From IMG/VR virus record IMGVR_UViG_3300049795_000021, positions 1-40,374 of that record: a stretch of 40,374 nucleotides of DNA; one strand, written 5' to 3'. Shown in pieces: positions 24,340-31,409 of this stretch. A program made the position numbers and the translations under genes. The DNA comes from a virus. The notes below the pieces were generated by a model. That model saw nothing but the letters and a program-made list of their open reading frames with translations. It ran no database searches and had not been told where the DNA came from. Every line of letters begins with the position of its first letter. Positions within the stretch are counted from its first letter, which is position 1.

Positions 24340-25350
24340 GTGACGAAGTTCGAAGACAACATCTCGCCCTATCTGAGCTTCGTCGAGGGCTCGGCCCCGT
24401 CCTCTCCGGCGGCTACGAACTTCCGACTGTTTTACGATTCATCGGATCACTTGCTCAAGTGGAAGAACTCGGCGGGCACCGTGACAGCGATCGCGACGGG
24501 TACGGCGTTGACCGATCAAGGTGTCTTCACCTATCTCGATGGCACCGTGGCAGCGGCGCCCGGCACCCCGGCCAGCGGCAAGCTCCGGCTCTACGCCAAG
24601 ACGGGCAAGGTGCTCGCGGTCAAGGACGACGCGGGCGTCGAGACGGTCCTCGGAGCGGGCGGCGGGGGCTCGGATCTCGTTCAGACCTACGCGGGCTCGG
24701 GCTCGGTCTACGTGCCGGGCCTACGCGGCTCACCGGACGCCTTGCCCGCCAGCCCGAACGCGGCCGATGATGAGTTCGAGGCGCTGTCCGGCTGGACGAC
24801 GCTCGGCGCGCTGGACACGCTCAACGTGACCGACGTCCCCAGCCACGCCCATCTGGTGAAGACTACCGGCGGACAATTTGTCGACGGCATCTATAAAGCG
24901 TCGCCTTCGACACCGTTCACCGTGACGGCGAAGGTTTCGGATCGGATCTTCGACACCGACTATCAGATGTCCGGGTTGATGCTTCTGGAGACGTCGCCGG
25001 GCAAGCTCATCGTCTTCGGCGCCCGTCGGCATTCCAGCTTCAACGGTCTCTCGTGGGAGCGTTCGTCATGGACAAATCGAACCACGAATGCGGGGGCGGA
25101 TGTTGACACGACAGGGATGCCGACTGCTGGCGGCTTCCTCGTCGGCAGGCCGTTTCTCTACCCGTATCTCCGTCTCGTCGTCACCTCGTCGACGAGCGTG
25201 ACGATGCAGGTGTCCGCGGCCGGGCTCTCGTGGTTCACGGTGTACTCGGCCGTCAATCCCGGCTTTACCATCGGCGCGGTCGGGCTGTTCCTGTACAGCT
25301 ACGCCGCCGTCACGAACGAAGCGTGGTTCGATTGGATCAGGTTCACCTAA
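24340..25350 (+). CDS. Tail fibre / receptor-binding protein with a beta-sandwich-like C-terminal domain
   Basis: GTG start with GGAG RBS. 336 aa. N-terminal fibre-like motif (PAATNFRLFYDSSDHLLKWKNSAGT; SGKLRLYAKTGKVLAVKDDAG). Last gene of the structural block. Confidence 0.6.
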   Translation: MTKFEDNISPYLSFVEGSAPSSPAATNFRLFYDSSDHLLKWKNSAGTVTAIATGTALTDQGVFTYLDGTVAAAPGTPASGKLRLYAKTGKVLAVKDDAGVETVLGAGGGGSDLVQTYAGSGSVYVPGLRGSPDALPASPNAADDEFEALSGWTTLGALDTLNVTDVPSHAHLVKTTGGQFVDGIYKASPSTPFTVTAKVSDRIFDTDYQMSGLMLLETSPGKLIVFGARRHSSFNGLSWERSSWTNRTTNAGADVDTTGMPTAGGFLVGRPFLYPYLRLVVTSSTSVTMQVSAAGLSWFTVYSAVNPGFTIGAVGLFLYSYAAVTNEAWFDWIRFT

Positions 25351-25387
25351 AGGCGCGCAGCAGCCAGACGGACTGCCAGATAGGGGC

Positions 25388-25417
25388 TTGACAAGGTATA
25401 ACCGGATACCGTAGACT
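25388..25417 (+). promoter_or_regulatory. Sigma-A/sigma-70-like promoter P1 (TTGACA-18 nt-TAGACT) giving a leaderless mRNA for the XRE regulator
   Basis: TTGACA at 25388-25393 and TAGACT at 25412-25417. The ATG at 25424 is only 6 nt downstream and has no RBS. The spacer contains the inverted repeat GGTAT-aaccgg-ATACC. Confidence 0.7.
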
Positions 25418-25423
25418 TCCCGC

Positions 25424-25615
25424 ATGGGCGAAGCACCGAAGTCCCCACTCCGTCAGGTTCGCGTCGCTGCGGGCATGACCATCCGTGAACTGGAACGCCG
25501 AACCGGCATCAATCGAGGCCGGCTGTCGATCATCGAGCGAGGCGTCTCCCCGACCGATGACGAGGCCCGCCTGATCGCTGAAGCCATCCGCCGACCATCG
25601 GGCGAGGTCGCATGA
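25424..25615 (+). CDS. XRE-family (Cro/CI-like) helix-turn-helix transcriptional regulator
   Basis: 63 aa. LRQVRVAAGMTIRELERRTGINRGRLSIIERG is a classic HTH_3 pattern. First gene after promoter P1. Confidence 0.8.
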   Translation: MGEAPKSPLRQVRVAAGMTIRELERRTGINRGRLSIIERGVSPTDDEARLIAEAIRRPSGEVA

Positions 25616-25857
25616 GCCGCTGCTCGCAGGCCGGCTGCGTCCACACCGACCTCAAGGCCTACAAGCAGTACCTCGGCCACCGAATCACGATCCTCTGCTC
25701 CGAGTGCGCCGCCTCGCTCCAAGCCATCGGCATGAGCCTCACGCCGGTCGAGAGGAGAGAGGTCGATGTGCCGCCGCTCGTGGAGCGTCGCCGGATCGGG
25801 CGACCCCGTTGGCTCGACAACCTGACGGCCCGCGAAGACACGTGGCGCGTCGCATGA
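25612..25857 (+). CDS. Hypothetical Cys-containing small protein
   Basis: ATGA overlap. 81 aa. A CxxxxC ... CxxC arrangement suggests a zinc-binding fold. Confidence 0.5.
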   Translation: MSRCSQAGCVHTDLKAYKQYLGHRITILCSECAASLQAIGMSLTPVERREVDVPPLVERRRIGRPRWLDNLTAREDTWRVA

Positions 25858-25970
25858 TCCGCTGGTTCGGCATCGATGACCCGCCTCACGTCAAGCCCGA
25901 GGACTGGCGCGCGTTGCTCTGGCTGATCTGCTTTGGCGTGATCTTCGTCGCGATCACGGCTACCCAATGA
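25854..25970 (+). CDS. Small membrane protein
   Basis: ATGA overlap. The 38-aa product is MIRWFGIDDPPHVKPEDWRALLWLICFGVIFVAITATQ, with one TM segment. Confidence 0.45.
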   Translation: MIRWFGIDDPPHVKPEDWRALLWLICFGVIFVAITATQ

Positions 25971-26350
25971 CGACCGACATCCTCCACTGCCGCTGCGGTG
26001 TCGAGGTCCGCGTGGTCCGGCTGAACGCCAAGTTGCTCGCGCTCGGTCACGTCACGAACCCGCGCCAGAACCACCATCCAGTCCGGCTCGCTCCGGCGTC
26101 CGCTGACCGACGACTGAAGGCCGCCCGGCCGCCGGTCGCGGGGACAAATCAGCGGACGCCGGAGGGGCCGGAACGGCGGGTGTCCCCTGTCGAGAGGGAC
26201 GCCAACGTGGCACCGCGCAGTGCTTGCCTCGACTCCGGCCCCTCACCTGACCGGCGCTCGCCTCGTGCGGGCTCGCCCCGAATGCGTGTGCCCACGCAAA
26301 CGGACCAGCGACCCAAGCCGGTCTCCCCTAGCCAGATGCCCCGTGTCTAA
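25967..26350 (+). CDS. Hypothetical protein. Only the first ~35 codons look coding and the true extent is uncertain.
   Basis: ATGA overlap start. The N-terminus MTTDILHCRCGVEVRVVRLNAKLLALGH has high GC3. From about 26070 onward GC3 falls and the sequence becomes P/R/S-rich and hairpin-rich. Confidence 0.3.
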   Translation: MTTDILHCRCGVEVRVVRLNAKLLALGHVTNPRQNHHPVRLAPASADRRLKAARPPVAGTNQRTPEGPERRVSPVERDANVAPRSACLDSGPSPDRRSPRAGSPRMRVPTQTDQRPKPVSPSQMPRV

Positions 26351-26810
26351 CGGCGGCGGGCGCTGGCCAACCCCTTGGAGGGAGCGGTTCTGGGATCGCG
26401 TTGAGCGGCCGACCCTATTCGATTGTTGGATGTGGACACGCGGCCTTGATCAGGACGGCTACGGCCAAGTTAGTCGTTGGCCACAGAGCCACGCGAAGGC
26501 CCATCGCGTTGCGTGGGAACTGACGTTCGGCGAGATCCCGACTGATCTCGAGGTCTGCCACACCTGCGATAACCCGCCGTGCTGCAACCCGGCGCACCTC
26601 TGGCTCGGGACGCACGCAGACAACATGCGCGACTCCGTTGTCAAGGGTCGTCACAAGAACCGTCGCCGAACTAGGCCGGTCACCTTCGTCCAGCCCCCAT
26701 CGAAGGAGAGCCCCACCCGCCCCCTTCGGGTGAGTGCGGTTCGCGCTCGGGCCGACAGTGGCTCTCCTTCGATGGGGGCTGGACGCCTGACACCGCCGGG
26801 GCGGTCGTAG
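26343..26810 (+). CDS. HNH homing-type endonuclease (HNH_3-like)
   Basis: Motifs CWMWTRGLDQDGYG, AHRVAWELTFGEIP and CHTCDNPPCCNPAHLWLGTHADNMRD. The start is uncertain (GTG 26343 chosen, GTG 26220 possible). GC3 is lower than the genome norm. The 3' 120 nt are occupied by a 23-bp inverted repeat. Confidence 0.8.
   Translation: MSNGGGRWPTPWRERFWDRVERPTLFDCWMWTRGLDQDGYGQVSRWPQSHAKAHRVAWELTFGEIPTDLEVCHTCDNPPCCNPAHLWLGTHADNMRDSVVKGRHKNRRRTRPVTFVQPPSKESPTRPLRVSAVRARADSGSPSMGAGRLTPPGRS
26690..26782. repeat. Perfect 23-bp inverted repeat with a 47-nt loop (long stem-loop)
   Basis: CCAGCCCCCATCGAAGGAGAGCC (26690-26712) is the exact reverse complement of 26760-26782. An inner hairpin is CACCCG/CGGGTG at 26715-26732. 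Confidence 0.85.
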
Positions 26811-26813
26811 AAA

Positions 26814-26850
26814 GCCCCGGCCTGTCGATGTGGGAACCGCAGGCCGGGGC
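26814..26850 (+). terminator. Stem-loop terminator candidate without a U-tract
   Basis: GCCCCGGCCTG (26814-26824) pairs perfectly with CAGGCCGGGGC (26840-26850), with a 15-nt loop. It sits 4 nt after the HNH stop and before the next RBS. Confidence 0.5.
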
Positions 26851-26880
26851 ACTCGCACTGAGCAAGGGAAAGGGTAGCAA

Positions 26881-27651
26881 ATGCACCACGTAGACCTCAA
26901 CGCAATCACTCTCGCCAAGGGCGCTCACCGAGGGATCGCCGACGGCCCGTACTGCGTCATGGAATGGGTCTCGATCTTTGCCGAGGAGGCAACGCCCGGC
27001 AAGCAAACCGACCAGCCGAAGTGCTCATCCAAAGTCCTGACGAGCTTCGCGATCGCATTCAATGACCAACTCGACGACAAACAGCGCCAGCGGCTCATCC
27101 CGTTCATTCCTCGCCTCGTCGGAACCTCAGGCAATCGCAAGCTGGACAGCCTCCGCGGCTGGATGGCGACGGACTGGCTGGTCCGCACTTACGCGCCGGC
27201 CTTCCTTCGACTGACGCCCGAACTGCTCGAGCACGCTGACACGCTCGCCGTTCTTCCCGCGCTCACCGATGCCAAGAGCGCCACCAAGGCGCAGCCCTCG
27301 ATCTCGGCGGCGCGCTCGGCGGCGCGCTCGGCGGCGTACTCGGCGGCGCGCTCGGCGGCGCGCTCGGCGGCGCGCTCGGCGGCGCGCTCGGCGGCGCGCT
27401 CGGCGGCGCGCTCGGCGGCGCGCTCGGCGGCGCGCTCGGCGGCGGACTCGGCGGCGCGCTCGGCGCGCTCGGCGGCGTACTCGGCGGCGGACTTGGCGGC
27501 GGACTCGGCGGCGCGCTCGGCGGCGCGCTCGGCGGCGTACTTGGCGGCGGACTCGGCGGCTACCACTATCTTCGCGCCGGTCCTCGTCGAACTGACCGAA
27601 TCAGCATTCGCCCTATTCAGCCGCATGATCGACGCGGGCGGCGCGGCATGA
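26881..27651 (+). CDS. Hypothetical protein with a globular N-terminal domain and about 22 tandem SAAR/SAAY/SAAD tetrapeptide repeats
   Basis: 256 aa. AAGGGAAAGGG RBS. The N-terminal 140 aa have normal composition (GPYCVMEWVSIFAEE ... DQPKCSS ... RLVGTSGN). Repeats follow, then a short C-terminal helix. Confidence 0.7.
   Translation: MHHVDLNAITLAKGAHRGIADGPYCVMEWVSIFAEEATPGKQTDQPKCSSKVLTSFAIAFNDQLDDKQRQRLIPFIPRLVGTSGNRKLDSLRGWMATDWLVRTYAPAFLRLTPELLEHADTLAVLPALTDAKSATKAQPSISAARSAARSAAYSAARSAARSAARSAARSAARSAARSAARSAARSAADSAARSARSAAYSAADLAADSAARSAARSAAYLAADSAATTIFAPVLVELTESAFALFSRMIDAGGAA
27304..27561 (+). repeat. 12-nt tandem repeat tract (GCGCGCTCGGCG-type), about 22 units including 8 consecutive perfect copies
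   Basis: Read directly from the sequence. It encodes SAARSAARSAAYSAAR(SAAR)x7 SAAD SAAR SAR SAAY SAAD LAAD SAAR SAAR SAAY LAAD SAA. One unit is 9 nt. Confidence 0.9.
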
Positions 27652-27941
27652 CTCCCCACTGCGACGCCTTCGCCACCGGGCGCGCTGCCTCCGCTTGGGG
27701 CTTCGGCTCGCTGCCGTGCCAGCGCAGCTTGGGGTTGCGGACGCTCGTCGACTCGATGGGCGTGCGCCGCCGCTTCTGTGCCAGCCCCGCCCACGAGGCC
27801 AACGTCGTCCGCCGGTTCGGGCGCTCCGTCTCAGAGGAAGAGCGCGTCGCCCTCGCCATCGAGCGGATCTCGCGCGACTTCACCGACGAGGTAGAGCGCA
27901 ATCCCGAGGGCGATCCCACCCTGAACGGCGCGTTCGGATGA
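27648..27941 (+). CDS. Hypothetical protein
   Basis: ATGA overlap. 97 aa. Acidic C-terminal half with coding-like composition. Confidence 0.5.
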   Translation: MTPHCDAFATGRAASAWGFGSLPCQRSLGLRTLVDSMGVRRRFCASPAHEANVVRRFGRSVSEEERVALAIERISRDFTDEVERNPEGDPTLNGAFG

Positions 27942-28141
27942 TGGCCAGCCGGATTGCCGCAGAGGAGCGGGAGGCAGAGCTCTACGCCGAGGCCATCCGT
28001 GTCCGCTTTCACACAACGGACTGGGCACGCTGGAACCGCGAGATCATCGCCCGTTGGTCTAAGACGGCCCTACTCCGCATCAAGACTCGCGGTTGGGTCC
28101 TCGCCGAAGCAGTCGACGGCGTTCAGTGGAATGCCCGATGA
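27938..28141 (+). CDS. Hypothetical protein
   Basis: ATGA overlap start at 27938. 67 aa: MMASRIAAEEREAELYAEAIRVRFHTTDWARWNREIIARW... Confidence 0.55.
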   Translation: MMASRIAAEEREAELYAEAIRVRFHTTDWARWNREIIARWSKTALLRIKTRGWVLAEAVDGVQWNAR

Positions 28142-28437
28142 GCGGCCAGTACGTCGACCTTACCGAACGGCTGTCCGAGGCGCCCGACCTCCGCGATCTC
28201 TCGGACTTCCGGCGCAAGCAACTCCGTGAGTCCTCCTCCTGCGTCGGCTGCGGCTCCCATGAGCCTGCTCGCATCGAGGGGCGCACCTGCTCCGACTGCA
28301 CCGCCTATCCGACGTGCGGCCTCTGTGGTCGGTGGGTCGGTGACGGCTCGGGCTGGCTACCGGGCTACGTGAACGCGCTGGACGGACAGGGCGACGACAT
28401 CAAGGTCTGCACGTTCTGCTACGGGGAGGCGACATGA
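28138..28437 (+). CDS. Cys-rich zinc-finger-like protein
   Basis: ATGA overlap start. 99 aa with CVGC, CSDC, CGLC and CTFC pairs. Confidence 0.6.
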   Translation: MSGQYVDLTERLSEAPDLRDLSDFRRKQLRESSSCVGCGSHEPARIEGRTCSDCTAYPTCGLCGRWVGDGSGWLPGYVNALDGQGDDIKVCTFCYGEAT

Positions 28438-29384
28438 CGACCGAGAAGGCGCCGGAGCGCTCCCTCCACCGGAAGCTCGCGCAAGTCATGTACGAGGCGG
28501 AGCGCATCCCGAAGAACGGGCGCGCGCCCGCCGCGATGGGCGGGTTCGCGTTCGTCCAGGTGGGCGACGCCGCCGATGCCATCCGCAAGGCGCTGGCCGA
28601 GAAGTCCGTCTCGATGATCCCGACCGCCATCGAGGTCGTCGGGGAGACGGAGCACCCGAGCGGAGCCGACGGCAAGAAGATCATGACCACGCTGACCGTT
28701 CGCACGACGTGGACGCTGACCGATGGCGACTCCGGCGAGACAACCGTCATCCAGTCCCTCGGCTCGGGCGGCGATACCGGCGACAAGGCCGCGCCAAAGG
28801 CGCAATCGAACGCCATGAAGTACGCGCTGCTCATGGGGTTCCTTCTCTCGACGGGGGACGACCCGGAGCAGACCGACACGAGCGACCGCCAAAGCCAGCG
28901 TCCGGCTCCGCCCCGGCTCCCGGCCCGCGAGGACCCGGCCACCGTCGACCCGCCGCCCGTCGCCAAGAACGAGCCCTACTCGGAAAAAGAGGAGCTGATC
29001 GGCCGCATCCGGCGCCGCGGCATTATCCGCACCGGGGGACCAGAAGCCTACAAGTTGGTCTGGCAGCCGCATCCCCAGGGCAAGACGATCGGCTTCCGGC
29101 TGGAGGTTGGCCCAGAGAAGCACATCCCCCAATGCCTCCTCGTCGGCGCACTCGGCGAAGCCGTCTACATGGCTACCGGAGAGCATCCCGAGACGCTGAT
29201 CGGCGTTCCCGCGACCGTCGCGGGCATCCTCTACTACGTCAAGGACAACCGCGACAACTCCTGGTACCGACTCCACGTCGACCGCATCGAGACGACCATC
29301 GGCGGGCTCGACGTCATCCTGCCGGCCGACGAGGCGCTACCGGCGCCACCCGACGATGTAGCGCTCGTGGGTGAAGTCGCATGA
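28434..29384 (+). CDS. erf: ERF-family single-strand annealing protein (recombinase)
   Basis: 316 aa. ERF-like pattern LHRKLAQVMYEAERIPKNGR ... FAFVQVGDAADAIRKALAEKSV ... GDKAAPKAQSNAMKYALLMGFLLSTGDDPE. Confidence 0.7.
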   Translation: MTTEKAPERSLHRKLAQVMYEAERIPKNGRAPAAMGGFAFVQVGDAADAIRKALAEKSVSMIPTAIEVVGETEHPSGADGKKIMTTLTVRTTWTLTDGDSGETTVIQSLGSGGDTGDKAAPKAQSNAMKYALLMGFLLSTGDDPEQTDTSDRQSQRPAPPRLPAREDPATVDPPPVAKNEPYSEKEELIGRIRRRGIIRTGGPEAYKLVWQPHPQGKTIGFRLEVGPEKHIPQCLLVGALGEAVYMATGEHPETLIGVPATVAGILYYVKDNRDNSWYRLHVDRIETTIGGLDVILPADEALPAPPDDVALVGEVA

Positions 29385-29623
29385 CCCGCGAACCGACGCC
29401 CGGAACGCAAGCGGCCCGCATCCTCACCTTCCTCCGCCAGCACCCGGACGCGTCGACGATGGAACTCCAGCGCGGCCTCGACCCGTTCTGCTCCAACCCT
29501 CGCGCCCGTATCTCTGACCTCCGAGCCGCAGGGTTCGATGTGCGGTGCGTCAAGCGAGCGGATGGGTTCGAGGGATTCAGGGTGGTGGAGTCGGGGCCGT
29601 TGACGCTGGGGATTGTGGCGTGA
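29381..29623 (+). CDS. Winged-helix DNA-binding protein (putative)
   Basis: 80 aa. AARILTFLRQHPDASTMELQRGL ... NPRARISDLRAAGFDV resembles wHTH proteins common in actinophage early regions. Confidence 0.5.
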   Translation: MTREPTPGTQAARILTFLRQHPDASTMELQRGLDPFCSNPRARISDLRAAGFDVRCVKRADGFEGFRVVESGPLTLGIVA

Positions 29624-29856
29624 GGTTCCCGTGGAAGCGCCAGCGCAACGTACTGGACGACCAACTCGACTGGATGACCAAGTCGATCGCCCTGATCGAG
29701 GAAGCCGACCCGGAGGCGGCTCGCCGTCTGAGGATGAACATCCGGGATCGATTGTCGTTGCCGCACCGCGAGACGGATCCGATGGATCGTCCGCGCGATG
29801 TAACTGAACTGGTCATCGCCGAACTCAACCGCCTGTCGGAACGACTCGTCGGATGA
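29620..29856 (+). CDS. Hypothetical protein
   Basis: GTGA overlap start. 78 aa, helical and charged. Confidence 0.45.
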   Translation: MRFPWKRQRNVLDDQLDWMTKSIALIEEADPEAARRLRMNIRDRLSLPHRETDPMDRPRDVTELVIAELNRLSERLVG

Positions 29857-30224
29857 GGCGCTACTCCCCCATCAAGCCCTCCCGCGGCACCACATGGCCG
29901 CCGGAAGTCCGCGCCGAGGTCATGGCCCTTGACGGAGGGCGGTGCGTTGCGATCCGAGCCGGGTTCGGCGGCCTGACCCCCTGCGACCGATACCTCGAGA
30001 TCGACCACGTCCGAGCCTCGGGCGGCATGGGCATGAAGTCCCGATCCACCGCCGACAACGGCGTCGTTCTCTGCGGCGCGCATCACCGGATCAAGACGGC
30101 CGAGGGAAAGCGGATCCGCCCGTTCCTGCTCGCCTACATCGAGCGACGTTCCGCGGACTGCGGCCACGTTGACCCGAACCCGTTTTGCGACGAGTGCATC
30201 GCGCGGGGAGGGCTGCCATTTTGA
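29853..30224 (+). CDS. HNH endonuclease (classic HNH motif)
   Basis: 123 aa. LEIDHVRASGGMGMKSRSTADNGVVLCGAHHRIKT gives the H-N-H signature. Confidence 0.8.
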   Translation: MRRYSPIKPSRGTTWPPEVRAEVMALDGGRCVAIRAGFGGLTPCDRYLEIDHVRASGGMGMKSRSTADNGVVLCGAHHRIKTAEGKRIRPFLLAYIERRSADCGHVDPNPFCDECIARGGLPF

Positions 30225-30835
30225 CGACACTGGCGAGTTTCTGGGATCAGGTGGACCGTCGCGGACCGGCTGAGTGCTGGCCGTGGAAAGGCAAGCGCCA
30301 GAGCGGCGGCGGCTATGGGATGGTCGGCCACCAATACGCCCATCGCATCGCGCTCGAGATCGGCCTCGGCCGACCACTCGATCCGTCTGAGTGGTCGCTG
30401 CACTCCTGCGACAACCCGCCATGCGTCAACCCTCGGCACCTGTCCCTCGGAGACGTGACCGCCAACAACCGGGACATGTACGCCAAGGGCCGGGACAAGC
30501 GGCCGAGGACGTGGGCCTGTCCTGATTGCGGCGGCCAGGTTGAGGCCGTCTGCCGGAAGGCTGGCGCGCGATGTGAGGGCTGCGCTGCCACCGCGATGAA
30601 GGCCAAGCGGCGGCGGGCCTATGAGGCGTGGCGTCGATTCGTCCCGCTCAAGGATCCGACCTGGCGATCGCGGCGACACGACGTCTGCCCGCGCGGTCAT
30701 CCGATGGCAGGTGACAACCTCTACGCGGTCGCGTCCGGTGTCTCCAAAGGTCGGCGGATGTGCCGAGCCTGCACAGCGCTTCGCAAGGCAGCCTCATGCC
30801 AGCGGCGCGCGGACCCTCTCACGGTGTCGGCATGA
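30221..30835 (+). CDS. HNH homing-type endonuclease (HNH_3-like) with a C-terminal Cys-rich extension
   Basis: TTG 30221 overlaps the upstream stop (TTGA). ATG 30185 is an alternative start. Motifs CWPWKGKRQSGGGYG, AHRIALEIGLG and CDNPPCVNPRHLSLGDVTANNRDM. Confidence 0.8.
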   Translation: MTTLASFWDQVDRRGPAECWPWKGKRQSGGGYGMVGHQYAHRIALEIGLGRPLDPSEWSLHSCDNPPCVNPRHLSLGDVTANNRDMYAKGRDKRPRTWACPDCGGQVEAVCRKAGARCEGCAATAMKAKRRRAYEAWRRFVPLKDPTWRSRRHDVCPRGHPMAGDNLYAVASGVSKGRRMCRACTALRKAASCQRRADPLTVSA

Positions 30836-31110
30836 CCGATCTACGGGAGCCGTCCACGGCGAGCATCCGGCGCATCGACATGTCTGCGTCCCGGCCTCGT
30901 GCGTCCGCGTCTCCCGCAGATTGGCCATCGGAGGCCGCGCTGTTCGACGCCTACCGGATTCCGGCCTCGGTCATGGTGTCGAGGGATTGTGTATGTGGTG
31001 GGGATATCACCGCCCGTCGTGGGGATTGGGCGTGGATCACCGCGTCGGTTCGAGCCCACCAGGAGACGAGCCTCCATCTCGCATGGCGCGAGTGGGCGGG
31101 CATCGAATGA
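30832..31110 (+). CDS. Hypothetical protein
   Basis: ATGA overlap. 92 aa. Confidence 0.45.
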   Translation: MTDLREPSTASIRRIDMSASRPRASASPADWPSEAALFDAYRIPASVMVSRDCVCGGDITARRGDWAWITASVRAHQETSLHLAWREWAGIE

Positions 31111-31409
31111 GGGAGCGACCGCCGCCATATGCCATCTTCGGCCCGTGCCCGTGCGCAGTCTGCGGGACGCTCGTCTGGTGGGCGCGCGGCGTCACCCGGC
31201 TGAACGGCGTGCAGGTCAAGGGAACCGCGTGGTGGCGGGAGCGGACAGGCCGGATGCACCGACACACGACCTCGCGCGCGCGCGCGAAGAGATACAATAA
31301 CGCTGTCGAGTACAGCGACCCCATCGCGCATACTGTTCAACGCCCTGCGTTTCGGCTGTACTCCGAGGCGCGGGGCGTTGACGTTCCGGAGTACAGACGG
31401 AATGCCTAA
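31107..31409 (+). CDS. Hypothetical zinc-ribbon-like protein
   Basis: ATGA overlap. 100 aa. N-terminal CPCAVCG. Confidence 0.45.
   Translation: MRERPPPYAIFGPCPCAVCGTLVWWARGVTRLNGVQVKGTAWWRERTGRMHRHTTSRARAKRYNNAVEYSDPIAHTVQRPAFRLYSEARGVDVPEYRRNA

Noticed and set aside
26690-26850. attP site or integration module around the 23-bp palindrome
   Set aside because: No integrase (tyrosine or serine recombinase motifs), excision module or CI-type repressor was recognised anywhere in the genome. An integration function is therefore unsupported.
27304-27561. Possible CRISPR array (also considered for 8538-9452)
   Set aside because: The units are 12 nt or 66 nt, contiguous with no unique spacers, and lie in-frame inside protein-coding genes. 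No cas genes are present.
27189-27794. Alternative readings of the 12-nt repeat: minus-strand (AAER)n ORF and + strand (RRAR)n ORF 27269..27595
   Set aside because: Any frame is open across a 12-nt GC-rich repeat. Only the SAAR frame has an RBS, a globular N-terminal domain and ATGA coupling to the next gene.
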